Assembly (NCBI GenBank): GCA_964620345.1
Contig: CAZUHK010000001.1
Coordinates: 4,544 to 68,543, forward strand
Source: an uncultured Planctomycetaceae bacterium
Lineage (GTDB): Bacteria; Planctomycetota; Phycisphaerae; Phycisphaerales; Zrk34
Reading direction: 5' to 3'
DNA length: 64,000 nucleotides
A program made the position numbers and the translations under genes. This document shows positions 20,018 through 29,492 of this stretch, piece by piece. Positions within the stretch are counted from its first letter, which is position 1, and each line of letters starts with the position of its first letter. The notes under the pieces were generated by a model. It searched no databases and was not told the DNA's origin. It saw only the letters and a list, made by a program, of their open reading frames with translations.

Positions 20018-20216
20018 GACGTGTCCTCCCTGAGCACTTTCACTGCTGTGGGCCGCTCACCGCGAGCGGTTGCCTTGCCGGGCAAACTCCGTTGCCTGGT
20101 TTGTCGAACCCGTCGGTACGCCCGGGCGAGTTCCGCGGCCTGGGGCCGTCTTTGTCCGTTCGTTCATGGCCGCGTGTCTGTCGCGACCGTGTCGGTCTGC
20201 GGTTGGGTATCGGTTG

Positions 20217-20243
20217 TCCTGATTCGGCAGTTGAGCGACCGTT
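20217..20243 (-). promoter_or_regulatory. conserved block upstream of flagellin 1 (AACGGTCGC..TGCC..ATCAGGA), shared with flagellin 2
   Basis: By-eye alignment with 22053-22080: 9 identical 5-prime nt and 7 identical 3-prime nt, including a GGA motif. Confidence 0.35.
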
Positions 20244-20429
20244 CGATAAAGCTCGAAAAATTTTTCGGCGTTATCGGAACCGGCCCTGCCGACCCGTCCA
20301 GCGGCCCTCGCCGCCAACGACCCGCACAGTCCATCGTCGCTCGCCGACCAGCCCCTACAAGCGCCAAGCTCGGCATCCGCGACACGCTCGTTCATCGGTC
20401 AATCCCCGACCGCCCTTTGCCCAAACCAC

Positions 20430-20459
20430 AAAAAAACGGACCCTCGCGATGAGGGTCCG
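20430..20459 (-). terminator. intrinsic terminator of flagellin gene 2
   Basis: Stem CGGACCCTC (20437-45) pairs with GAGGGTCCG (20451-59). Seven U follow on the minus strand (A-run 20430-36). Confidence 0.75.
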
Positions 20460-20534
20460 GTAAGAAGCGGCCTGTGGCTTGGCCGTGGCCGGCGGGATCG
20501 AACGCGGCCGAACGTCCGGCCGCTGCGGGTCAGT

Positions 20535-22004
20535 TTACTGCAGCAACTGGAGCACGTTCGCCGCGTTGGAGTTGGCCGTGGCCAGCACGTTCGTGCCCAC
20601 GTTGCTAAGCAACTGCGCCCGCGTCAGGGCGCTGGTCTCGGCGGCGAAGTCGGCGTCGCGAATCTGCGATTCGCTGGCCGTGACGTTTTCCAACGCGATC
20701 TGCAGCGAGCGGATATTGGTCTGCAGCGTGTTCCGCTCAAACGCCCCGAGCTTGCCGCGGGTGACCGAGACCTGGGTGATCGCCTCCTCGATGATCGCGC
20801 TGGCCTCGCGGAAACTGCCGTTGACCAGCGAGTTCTCGCCGCCGCTGACGACCGATGAGAGAAAGCCGTTCACCGAATCACCCAGGTGGCTGGCGGCGAC
20901 CGACTGGATGCCGAAGGACACCTGCTGGCTGGTCTCGACGACCGGGCCGAGCTGGAACGTCGCCCCCCCGCCGGTGATGGTAAAGCTCTTGGAGCCGGCG
21001 GTCTGGGCGAAGGCATCGGTGAGCTGCATCTCGACGTTCAGCGCGGTGGAGTTGAGCTTGATCTTCGTGCCGTCGCCCAGGGCGAGGTTGCCGTTGATCA
21101 GAGCCAGCACGTCTTCGCCGGTGTCGCGACTGATGGCCGCGGCGCCGGCGCCCAGGGCATCGTGGGTGACGAAGAAGTCGCCGCCGGTGGTGCCCGGGAG
21201 CTTGCGGACGGAGGTGAACGCATCGGTGCCGAAGCCGTCGCTGGTGAACTGGATCGCGCTGGTGCCGGCGCCGGCGGCGCCGCTGGTGAGCGTGGCGGCG
21301 ACGCCCGTGGCGTCGGTGATCCGGTTGATCGCGAAGCTCATCGCGCTCAGCGCGGTGCCCGAGACGAACTGCAGCACCTCCACGCCCTTGCTGCCGGCCA
21401 CCTCGATGGTGACCGAGCTGGTCAGCACGCCCGAGCCGGTCGAAAGGAAAAGGTTGGCCTTCTCGGCGCTGGTCACGACCTCGACGGAGACCGGCAGGGT
21501 GTCGTTGGTGCCGAAGTTGGCCTGGAAGATCGACACATCGCTGATCGCGCTGGTCGCCACACCGCTGGCCACGTAGTCCAGCGAGCCGTTGAGCAGCTTG
21601 AGGCCGGCGAAGCTGGTGGTGTTGGCGATGCGGGTGATCGAGGCGATCGCATCGTCGACCTGAAGCTGGTTGGCCTCGATCTCTTCCTTGCTCAGGCCGC
21701 CTTCGTTGGACGCCTCGACGATCAGCGACTTGATGCTGGTCAGCAGGTTGGCGACCTCGGCCAGCGCGGCCTCGCCGGTGGCGATGACGTTGGTGGCGCG
21801 TTCGGCGTTGCCGATGGCCTGGCCCACGCCCTCGATCTCGCTGCGCAGGCGCTCGGAGACGATCAGGTCCGCCGGGCCGTCGGCGCCGCGGTTGATCCGC
21901 AGACCCGTGCTGAGCCGTTGCAGGCGCACCTGCAGGTCGGCATTGGTCCGCTGAAGATTGTGCTGAGCGATGAGGGACGGAACATTGGTGTTGATCCTAG
22001 CCAT
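20535..22004 (-). CDS. fliC: flagellin (second paralogue)
   Basis: MARINTNVPSLIAQHNLQRTN...LSTGLRINRGADGPAD and a conserved C-terminus. Confidence 0.9.
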   Translation of the reverse strand: MARINTNVPSLIAQHNLQRTNADLQVRLQRLSTGLRINRGADGPADLIVSERLRSEIEGVGQAIGNAERATNVIATGEAALAEVANLLTSIKSLIVEASNEGGLSKEEIEANQLQVDDAIASITRIANTTSFAGLKLLNGSLDYVASGVATSAISDVSIFQANFGTNDTLPVSVEVVTSAEKANLFLSTGSGVLTSSVTIEVAGSKGVEVLQFVSGTALSAMSFAINRITDATGVAATLTSGAAGAGTSAIQFTSDGFGTDAFTSVRKLPGTTGGDFFVTHDALGAGAAAISRDTGEDVLALINGNLALGDGTKIKLNSTALNVEMQLTDAFAQTAGSKSFTITGGGATFQLGPVVETSQQVSFGIQSVAASHLGDSVNGFLSSVVSGGENSLVNGSFREASAIIEEAITQVSVTRGKLGAFERNTLQTNIRSLQIALENVTASESQIRDADFAAETSALTRAQLLSNVGTNVLATANSNAANVLQLLQ

Positions 22005-22052
22005 GTCAATCCTCCTTGATTGTGGCTAAGCGGAGCGCCGAGCCGGCGTACA

Positions 22053-22080
22053 TCCTGATGCCGGGCAACGGGCGACCGTT
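22053..22080 (-). promoter_or_regulatory. conserved block upstream of flagellin 2, containing CAUCAGGAUGUA (CsrA-site-like)
   Basis: Shares AACGGTCGC and ATCAGGA with 20217-20243. Confidence 0.35.
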
Positions 22081-22115
22081 GGGTTGACAGAACAGTCGTG
22101 CGGCTTGGCCGCGGT

Positions 22116-22388
22116 TTATTCCTTCTGGCCGTTCGACGCGCCGGGGGGGCCCGGCCGATCCGAACGACGCAGTTTTTCGTTGGCCTTGTTCAAATCTTCG
22201 ATGCGCACCTGCGAGGCCTCGCGGTTCTCGCGCTTGATCGCCTCGTAGACTTCCTTGCGGTGCACCGGGACGGTCGACGGGGCGCTGATGCCCAGCCGAA
22301 CCTTGTCGCCTCGAATATCCACGATCGTGATCTCGATGTCGTCGCCGATCATGATCGTCTCGTCGCGCTGTCTTGAAAGAACCAGCAT
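22116..22388 (-). CDS. csrA: carbon storage regulator CsrA
   Basis: [47 protein letters not shown]. Confidence 0.95.
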   Translation of the reverse strand: MLVLSRQRDETIMIGDDIEITIVDIRGDKVRLGISAPSTVPVHRKEVYEAIKRENREASQVRIEDLNKANEKLRRSDRPGPPGASNGQKE

Positions 22389-22575
22389 GGTGGGCTTCCT
22401 TCCATGAAACCTGGCCCGGGGTGTGTTCCGAATCGGGCCGCTGGAGTGTATCGCCGACGCTTCCGTGCGTCGGTCCCCTGTCGGGGCATTCCTGATCGGC
22501 CGCCGTGACGGGGGTCATGGCGTCGATCATCCGTGTTCCGTGGGGGTTGTGGGCGTTTGGGGTCCACATGGTCGT

Positions 22576-23016
22576 CTACGCCGTGGCCGCGGCCGCGCCG
22601 GTGTCCAGCAGCGGCACGCGCGTGTTGTAGCGGCGGTCGGCCAGCACCAACTGCTCGCCTCGCTTGTGCGTCGTGTTGATCACCAGCGGGCCCTGCAGGT
22701 TGCCCGTGAGCACGCTGCCGCGCTTGTTCACGATGACGAACACCTGCGCGTCGTCCTCATGGTCGACGCCCAGGTCGTTCATCTGCTCGGTCTTCAGCGG
22801 CACCTGGTAGCCCTGGACGAACAGCGACGGGTCGGTCACGACGAACGCCAGCTCCGGCGTGTCCACCGCCTGAAGCCAATAGAAGTACCCGTCGTCGCTG
22901 GGCTGAATCAGCACGTACCGCTTGTACCGCGCGAATCCGAGCAGCCCCTTGGGGAACTCGATCACGCGGTCGTCGGCCACTTCCACCTGCCCGAACCTTG
23001 AGGTTTCCACGATCAT
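22576..23016 (-). CDS. fliW: flagellar assembly factor FliW
   Basis: MIVETSRFGQVEV..VIEFPKGLLGF...YFYWLQAVD.PELAFVVTDP. ATG confirmed at 23016. Confidence 0.9.
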   Translation of the reverse strand: MIVETSRFGQVEVADDRVIEFPKGLLGFARYKRYVLIQPSDDGYFYWLQAVDTPELAFVVTDPSLFVQGYQVPLKTEQMNDLGVDHEDDAQVFVIVNKRGSVLTGNLQGPLVINTTHKRGEQLVLADRRYNTRVPLLDTGAAAATA

Positions 23017-23141
23017 GATGCACCGAATCCTTTTCACCGGCCCATATCCATCCTGGATCGCCCCGCGTCCGTGCGGGGCCGACATCCTGTCTTCACCACG
23101 CCGAACGGGCCACGGCCCGGCGCGGCGGCGGTAAGCCCGCG

Positions 23142-25061
23142 CTACCGCAGAAAATCCAGCAAACTCAAACTCAGCATCCGCTGGCCGGCCAACTGACCGG
23201 CCTGGAGCTGCTGCTGCAATTGTGTAAACCGCGAAATCACTTCGTTGAAATCCGCATCCTGCAAATCACTGATCAACGAGCGCGTCTGCACCGCGCGCTC
23301 CTCGAGCCGATCGCTCTGCTGCAGAACCTGCCGCGCCCGCACGCCCATCTGCGCCCGAGCCGAGGCGACCTGACTGATGTCCTGGTGAATCATCGAGCCG
23401 GCCTCGGTAATCAGGTCTTCATCGTCGCCCAGCAGGCCGTCGCGCAGCATCATCAGGTGCGTGAACACGCTGGCGGTGCGGACCTGGGCCACGTCGTCGC
23501 CGGCGATCGTGGCGGCCGCGCCCACGTCCTGGCGGATGCCCAGGTCCGTCGCGGCGTGGGACTGGCCGAGGTTGACCACGCCAAACGCATCGCCGCCGAC
23601 GGTCGTATCGGTCAGCGCCAGGCCGTTGCCATCGGCCGCGAGCGACGCGGTCACCGCGCCGCCGCCGGCGGCGTTGATCGCGGCGATCACGTCGCCGATC
23701 GTCGCCGCGGCGCTGAGGTCCACGTCGATGTCGCTGCCATCGTGCAGGTGCAGGCGGATGTCATCGCCGCTGGCGGTGCTCACGCCGCGGCCGAAGTTCA
23801 GCTCGCCCAGCTTGGTCGTCGTGTCAAAGCTGCGCAGGCCCAGGTCGGTCGCGGTGGTGCCGCCGGCGTTCTCGCCGATGCTCAGCTTCGAGCCGGACAC
23901 CTCGTTGACCAGGTTAAGCCCGTCGCCCGCGGCGTTGATTTCCAGCCGCACGCCGATGTCCGCCGCATCCACCCGATTCATCATCTCCCGCACGCTGGTG
24001 GCGCCGGCGAAGCTGATGACCTTGCTCTGCCCGCCCTGGGTGACCTTCAGGCCGCTGGCCAGATCCAGCCCGCCGGCGAACGCGGCCACGGAAGTCTGCT
24101 CGGTCAGGTGGCGGTTGAGGTCGCCGCCGCTGGCCACCCCGCCGCTGGCGCCCAGGTCGATGCCCAGGTCGGCCGCGGTGATGCCCGTGCCGATGTCGCT
24201 GATCGTGATGGTGTGGCCGGCGCTGGCGGTCAGGTCGAACTGATGGGCGCCGATGCTCAATGCCCCGGCGGTCGGGTCGATGCTGTCGATCGCGTTGTTG
24301 ATCCGCTCGACGATGTCCTGCGCCCGGTCGGCGCCGCGCAGGTCGACCTGCACGTCGCTGCCGTCGATGTCGACGGTGATCGTACCCAGCGTCAGGCCCA
24401 GGTTGCGGGCGCCGTCCATTTCATCCAGCCGCGTGTCGGCGTCGAGGCGGGGGTTTAAGTCAACCGTGCCGGCCACCCGCTGCGACAGCGCGCCGAATGC
24501 ATCGGCCCCATTGCTGTTCACGCCCAGCGCGTTGAGCAGGCCCAGGTCGGCCTGCAGGTCTTCCCGCGGGCCGATGTACCGCACGCCGCCCTGGTCGTCG
24601 ACAAACGGCTGCTGATCGGCATTGGCCCCGCCGAACAGGTACACGCCGCGCACCTGGCGGTTGGCGATGCCCAGCAGCGACGTGACCATCGCGTCGATCA
24701 CCGCGGCCTGATTGGCGCGGGTCTGCGGCGTGGAGCCGACGCCCACCTGGCTGGAGGCGATGCCCTCGGCCTCGAGCAGCAGATCGCTGACGTCGGCCAA
24801 GGCCTGGTCGGTCGTGTCGATCGTCGCCTGGGCCCGGCCGAGGTTGATCCGCTGCTGCTCGAATTGCCCGAGCGTGCGCTGCAGCGTGGTCAGCGAGCCG
24901 ATCACCGATGAATCGTCGCTGGGGCGGTTGATCCGCTTGCCGGTCGACAACTGCTGCTGCGCGTCGAGCAGTTGGGTGTTGGTGCGCCGCAGGTTGCTCA
25001 ACATCGTGTCGGCCACGAGGTTGCCCGAGATGCGTGCCAGATTGGAAGGGATCGAACTCAT
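23142..25061 (-). CDS. flgL: flagellar hook-associated protein 3 FlgL (long, 639 aa)
   Basis: N-terminus with QQQLSTGKRINRPSDDS and a flagellin-type C-terminal helix. Position is directly after flgK. Confidence 0.85.
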   Translation of the reverse strand: MSSIPSNLARISGNLVADTMLSNLRRTNTQLLDAQQQLSTGKRINRPSDDSSVIGSLTTLQRTLGQFEQQRINLGRAQATIDTTDQALADVSDLLLEAEGIASSQVGVGSTPQTRANQAAVIDAMVTSLLGIANRQVRGVYLFGGANADQQPFVDDQGGVRYIGPREDLQADLGLLNALGVNSNGADAFGALSQRVAGTVDLNPRLDADTRLDEMDGARNLGLTLGTITVDIDGSDVQVDLRGADRAQDIVERINNAIDSIDPTAGALSIGAHQFDLTASAGHTITISDIGTGITAADLGIDLGASGGVASGGDLNRHLTEQTSVAAFAGGLDLASGLKVTQGGQSKVISFAGATSVREMMNRVDAADIGVRLEINAAGDGLNLVNEVSGSKLSIGENAGGTTATDLGLRSFDTTTKLGELNFGRGVSTASGDDIRLHLHDGSDIDVDLSAAATIGDVIAAINAAGGGAVTASLAADGNGLALTDTTVGGDAFGVVNLGQSHAATDLGIRQDVGAAATIAGDDVAQVRTASVFTHLMMLRDGLLGDDEDLITEAGSMIHQDISQVASARAQMGVRARQVLQQSDRLEERAVQTRSLISDLQDADFNEVISRFTQLQQQLQAGQLAGQRMLSLSLLDFLR

Positions 25062-25078
25062 CGTGGGTCTTCAGTCGT

Positions 25079-26788
25079 TTATACGAGTCCCAGGAGGGTT
25101 TGCATCAGTTCGTCCACGACCGAAAGAAACCGGGCCGAGCCCTGGTAGGCCCGCTGGAACGCCAGCAGGTTGATCGCCTCTTCATCGATGCTCACGCCGC
25201 TGACCGCTTCGCGCTGGGCGTTGAGCGATTCGACGATCACGTCGGCCGACTCGACATTCTGCCCGGCCCGCTCGGCGCGGACGGCGAAGTCCTCGACGTG
25301 GGCCGACCACACATCGCTGATGCTCCGGCCGTCCAGCGCATCCAGCGCCTTGTTCTGAAGGGCGGCGATCTCCAGCGCGTTGGCGTTGTCGCCGGCCACG
25401 TGGTTCTGCGTCGCCGCGAGCTTGCTCGGCGTGTCGATCAGCGATTGATTCACGCCGATGTCCGACGCATCCTTGCCCGTGAAGTAGGTGTTGATCCCCA
25501 GCGCCGCCAGCACGCCCGAGGTGTCGTCGGCGAAGCTGAAGGTGAAGTCCGATGAATCGGCGCTGATGTTCAGCCGGCCGTCGGGCGTGACCGAGGCGCT
25601 GACGTTGGCCACCGCGTCGATCGCCGCGGCCAGGTCGTCCATGGACATGTCCGGCCCGCCGATGCCGTCGAGGTCGATGTTGATCAACGACGTGCTGCGC
25701 GCGCCGGTCGATTCCTGCGTGACGTGCAGCTCGAAACTGCCGTGGCCGGGCACGAAGTCGAGCTTCGCGTCGGCGTTGGTCAGCGACAGCGCCGGGTCGG
25801 CCGTCTGGTACGTGCCGGTCACTTCGTTCAAGCCGGTCCGGCCCTGGCCCTGGCTGTGGACGCGATTGAGCTGGAGGATGAGCGTCGACGCGAATTCGTT
25901 GAGCGCATCGATCGCACCGACCATGTCCTGCTCGCGGGCCTGGGCCAAAGCGCCGACCCGCCCGGAGTTGGCGGTGAGGAACGTGCCGTCTTCCTTGACG
26001 CGGAGCTGAACATCCAGGCCGTCGCCGCTGTCGTCGCTGACGAAGTCGACCTTGACGCCGCGGCTGACCGAGCCGATGACCAGCGGGATGCCGCCGAGGA
26101 ACACGTCGGTCGCGCCGCTTTGCTGCTCGACGGTGGAGACGTCGAAGAACTCGGCGAGCTGGCCGATGAGCTGGTCGCGCTGATCGCGCAGGCCATTGGC
26201 GCCGCCGGCGCCGCCTTCGAGCGTGGCGATCCGCCGGTTGAGCACGGCGATCTGATCGAGGATGCCGTCGGCCTGGTCGGCCAGGCCCTTGATCTGATCG
26301 TCGAGTTGGCCGCGCGCGGCGACCAGGTCGCCGTGCACCTGCTGCACAAACCCGGCCAGCGACGCGCCCTGCTGGACCACGAGCGTCCGCAGCGAGCTTT
26401 CGGAGGGGTTGTTGGCCAGCTCGCTCCAGGCGGCGAAGAACTCGCCGAGCCGGCTGCTCAGGCCGGTGTCGCTCAGGTCGTTCTGAATCGATTCGATCTG
26501 GCTGAGCAGATCCTGCCGGGCCAGCGAGGCCTGCTGGTCGCTGACCGCGGCGCGGAGTCGGCCCTGCAGCGCGGCGTCGACGTTGCGGATCACGCTCTCC
26601 AGCCGCACCCCGGTGCCGATGAAAATGCCCGCATCGACCCGCACGTCGGTCGCCGCCTTGAGCACGGGTGACTGGCGCGTGTAACCGGGGTTGGCGGCGT
26701 TGGCGAGGTTGTTGCCCGCCACCTCCAGCGCGGCCTGGTTGGCCGCCAGGCCGCTGCGCCCGATCGATAATGCGGAGGTGAGACTCAT
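25079..26788 (-). CDS. flgK: flagellar hook-associated protein 1 FlgK
   Basis: MSLTSALSIGRSGLAANQAALEVAGNNLANAANPGYTRQ. Confidence 0.9.
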   Translation of the reverse strand: MSLTSALSIGRSGLAANQAALEVAGNNLANAANPGYTRQSPVLKAATDVRVDAGIFIGTGVRLESVIRNVDAALQGRLRAAVSDQQASLARQDLLSQIESIQNDLSDTGLSSRLGEFFAAWSELANNPSESSLRTLVVQQGASLAGFVQQVHGDLVAARGQLDDQIKGLADQADGILDQIAVLNRRIATLEGGAGGANGLRDQRDQLIGQLAEFFDVSTVEQQSGATDVFLGGIPLVIGSVSRGVKVDFVSDDSGDGLDVQLRVKEDGTFLTANSGRVGALAQAREQDMVGAIDALNEFASTLILQLNRVHSQGQGRTGLNEVTGTYQTADPALSLTNADAKLDFVPGHGSFELHVTQESTGARSTSLINIDLDGIGGPDMSMDDLAAAIDAVANVSASVTPDGRLNISADSSDFTFSFADDTSGVLAALGINTYFTGKDASDIGVNQSLIDTPSKLAATQNHVAGDNANALEIAALQNKALDALDGRSISDVWSAHVEDFAVRAERAGQNVESADVIVESLNAQREAVSGVSIDEEAINLLAFQRAYQGSARFLSVVDELMQTLLGLV

Positions 26789-26801
26789 CGGTTCGTGCCG
26801 T

Positions 26802-27305
26802 TCATCCGGTCGTGTGAAAACTGCTTACGGTCGCGCTGGCGGTGGCCACGCGCCCCCGCCGCTCGTACGTGCCGCCGCCGCCCACGTGCTGCACGATGGA
26901 CTGGACCATGCCCTGCACGTGGTTGAGCAGGCCTTCCATGGCGGTTCGGGTCACGCGGCTTTCGTGTCGGACCTCGTCGATGCGCTGGTGGATCATCTGC
27001 CGCAGCGTCAGCAGCCGGCCGCGGGTCGGCTCGCCGACCGCGTCAGCGATCTGCCCCAGGCGCAGCGGTCGCTGGGCCTGGGGCGCGATCGACTGGGTCA
27101 GCGCGGCCACCACGCGCTGACGCTCTTTTTCGATCTGCCCGATCCGCTGCACGTGACGGTTCTCCGCCCGCGTGCAGCGATCGACCTCCGCCGGTCGCGC
27201 CGTGCGCAACGCCTGCCGCTTGCGCCGGATCAGCTCGAGCATGCCATCGTGCTCGGCCAGCAGCTCCCGCAGGTGCCGCTCGAGTTGTCGTAGCTGTTCA
27301 TCCAT
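26802..27305 (-). CDS. flgN: FlgN-like flagellar chaperone
   Basis: Helical 167-aa protein immediately upstream of flgK, with FlgN-like composition. Confidence 0.6.
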   Translation of the reverse strand: MDEQLRQLERHLRELLAEHDGMLELIRRKRQALRTARPAEVDRCTRAENRHVQRIGQIEKERQRVVAALTQSIAPQAQRPLRLGQIADAVGEPTRGRLLTLRQMIHQRIDEVRHESRVTRTAMEGLLNHVQGMVQSIVQHVGGGGTYERRGRVATASATVSSFHTTG

Positions 27306-27672
27306 GGCGGTTGTTCCGCGTGATCTGCTGCACGATCGAATCGACCAGTCCCTGCGCGTCGCGCCGGGCCATGCGGTCGGCCAGGGTCATGTCCAGTTGG
27401 GCGCCGAACGCCTCCTCGCCCCGGCCGCCGTGGAACAGGTCGCTCTTGAACGCGGTATCGCGGGCCTGCTTGAGCAGCGGCAGGAACAGGGCCTGGCCGA
27501 CGAGCTGTTCGGTGGCCTCGCGGAGGCGGGCGTCCTGCGATTCCTGCGTGCGCGCGGCGTCGAGCGCGCGATCGAAAGCGTGCGCGGCCACGGCCCGGTC
27601 GGATCGTGGTTGGGACTGGCCAATGCGATCCAGGCCGGCGAAGCTCGTGATGTCGATCGAAGCAGGGGGCAC
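27298..27672 (-). CDS. flagellar rod-binding protein (FlgJ N-terminal-domain type)
   Basis: Hand-identified GTG start at 27672, 5 nt after the flgI stop. Motif VGQALFLPLLKQARDTAFKSDLFHGGRGEEAFGAQLD. Confidence 0.65.
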   Translation of the reverse strand: MPPASIDITSFAGLDRIGQSQPRSDRAVAAHAFDRALDAARTQESQDARLREATEQLVGQALFLPLLKQARDTAFKSDLFHGGRGEEAFGAQLDMTLADRMARRDAQGLVDSIVQQITRNNRHG

Positions 27673-27677
27673 GTGCG

Positions 27678-28784
27678 TTAGTCCTCCAGCACCAGCTTGG
27701 CGTGCAGCTTGCCGGTGCGGTGAATCTCCTTGACGATGGCGATGCGGTCCTCGGCGGGCACCTTGAGCTGGTTGAACGCGGCCAGCAGGTCGGCCAGCTT
27801 CGCGCCGCCGCGGCGGTCGGGGTCCAGCGCCATGAACCCATCCTGCTCGACGCGCGGCGCCTCGGGCGTCGCGGCGGGGCGCGGCGTGATCGTGGTGATC
27901 GTCAGCCCCGCGTGCGAAACCACGACCGGCGAGATCTCCACGTCCCCGGTCATCACGATCGTGCCGGTGCGCTGGTTGACCACGACGCGCGCCTCGGTCC
28001 GCACCAGCGTCGAGTCGAACTGGATCTCCATCACCTGCGCGATGAACGGCGCGGGGTTGGCCCGCTCGCGCCCGGGCACCTGGATGATGATGTTCTTCTG
28101 ATCGACCGCCATCGCGATCGGCGGGCTGTCGGGGGCCATCAGGTCGTTGATGAGCGTGGCCAGCATGTTGGCCATCGGCCAGGTCGCGTTGGGCTGATCC
28201 AGCACGAGGGTGACCCGGCCGTGCTGATCGACGTTGCGGCTGGCGATGTTCTGCGTGAGCGTGGCGCCGCGCTTGATCGTGCCGACGGTGGGCGAGTCGC
28301 GCTGTTCGATCTCGACGCGGCCCTCGGCGAAGGCGAAGATCGGCGAGCCGGGGATCGGGCCGTACAGCGGCGTCATGAAGAGCCGGCCGTCCTTGAGCGA
28401 CGACGCGGCGCCGACGCTGGCGACCTGCACGTCGACTGCGTCGCCCTCGCGCACGCCGCCGGCGGGCGCCTTGGCGGTGATGCTCACGATGGCGACGTTC
28501 TTGACGTTGGCCAGCTCGGCCGCGACGACGTTGGGATCGACCAGCCGCTGCATCATCGCCGCCAGCGGGCGCATGGCCGGCTGGAACTTGCCACCATCGC
28601 CCGTGCCCTTGAGGCCGACCACCAGACCCATGCCCACCAGCTTGCTCGACTCCGAGCCCTTGAGCCGGACGATGTCCTGCACCTGCACCGCCGCGGTCGC
28701 CGACGCGGACGCCGCGAGCAACGCGACCAGCCCGAGCACGATCGTTGATTTCAGATTGCCGATTCGCAGATGCACTTGGCACAC
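27678..28784 (-). CDS. flgI: flagellar P-ring protein FlgI
   Basis: VQDIVRLKGSE..LVGMGLVVGLKGTGDGG. GTG start 6 nt after the flgH stop. Confidence 0.9.
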   Translation of the reverse strand: MCQVHLRIGNLKSTIVLGLVALLAASASATAAVQVQDIVRLKGSESSKLVGMGLVVGLKGTGDGGKFQPAMRPLAAMMQRLVDPNVVAAELANVKNVAIVSITAKAPAGGVREGDAVDVQVASVGAASSLKDGRLFMTPLYGPIPGSPIFAFAEGRVEIEQRDSPTVGTIKRGATLTQNIASRNVDQHGRVTLVLDQPNATWPMANMLATLINDLMAPDSPPIAMAVDQKNIIIQVPGRERANPAPFIAQVMEIQFDSTLVRTEARVVVNQRTGTIVMTGDVEISPVVVSHAGLTITTITPRPAATPEAPRVEQDGFMALDPDRRGGAKLADLLAAFNQLKVPAEDRIAIVKEIHRTGKLHAKLVLED

Positions 28785-28790
28785 TCTCGC

Positions 28791-29492
28791 TTAGAAGTTG
28801 AACAGGAAATCCATGGCCTTGGTCAGCACGCCCTTCTTCGATGCGTTGCGGATCTCGCCCTTGTGCTGCTTGCTCACCCGCAGGTCGAACATCTGCGTGC
28901 TGAGCACGGCGTTGTCGGCCGTCACGTCCTCGGCCCGAACGTAGCCGGTCACCGTGATGGTGACCTGCTCGTTGTCGTTGTGAATGTGGGTGCGGGCCTC
29001 GAGCGCGAGCACGCCGTTGGGCTTGACGTCCACGACCTGCGCGGTCAGGCGGGTGACGACCTCATCGCGGCGCTCGTAGTCGCCCTCGCCCTCGAACTCG
29101 TTGTCGAACCCGACGCTGACGCGCGGCACGCCGGCGCTCAGCGCCGCGGGCTTGACCTGAAGGTCGCCCAGCAGGTCGCGCAGATCGATGAACGCCTCTG
29201 CCTGGCCCTCGACCTCGACGCTCTTCTCGGTGTTCAGCTCGCCCTCGCTGGTCGCGGCGCTGGATTCACGCACGATGATCGTGACCAGGTCGTGGACGAG
29301 GAATTTACGCGGCTCGGGCACGGCCACGGCCAGGTACGAGCCGGCCTGCATGTACCGATTGACCGGCTTGCCGTCCTCGCGCTGCGGTGCGGAAACCGGC
29401 TGCATCATGTACAGCGACGAGCTGTTGTCCTGGGCCAGGGCCACCGCGGCCATCGCCCCCAGCACGATCAGAATGGTCAAGCGGCACATCAC
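28791..29492 (-). CDS. flgH: flagellar L-ring protein FlgH
   Basis: Signal peptide, size and position match. ATGA overlap with flgA. Confidence 0.85.
   Translation of the reverse strand: MMCRLTILIVLGAMAAVALAQDNSSSLYMMQPVSAPQREDGKPVNRYMQAGSYLAVAVPEPRKFLVHDLVTIIVRESSAATSEGELNTEKSVEVEGQAEAFIDLRDLLGDLQVKPAALSAGVPRVSVGFDNEFEGEGDYERRDEVVTRLTAQVVDVKPNGVLALEARTHIHNDNEQVTITVTGYVRAEDVTADNAVLSTQMFDLRVSKQHKGEIRNASKKGVLTKAMDFLFNF

Noticed and set aside
20221-20228. Sigma-28 promoter for flagellin 1 (GCCGAATC as the -10).
   Set aside because: No acceptable TAAA -35 at 15-16 nt spacing, and the flagellin-2 counterpart (CCGGCATC) is weaker. Kept only as a conserved block, not called as a FliA promoter.
20057-20395. 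112-aa ORF in the spacer between the two flagellin genes.
   Set aside because: Arg/Gly-rich composition with no RBS or motif. The region is better explained as the flagellin-1 promoter and long leader.
20485-20512. tRNA-like T-arm or 3-prime-end fragment (reverse complement ...GCGTTCGATCCCGCCGGCCA) just downstream of flagellin 2, which could mark an old att site.
   Set aside because: The T-stem does not pair, no cloverleaf can be drawn, and no matching repeat or integrase lies nearby.
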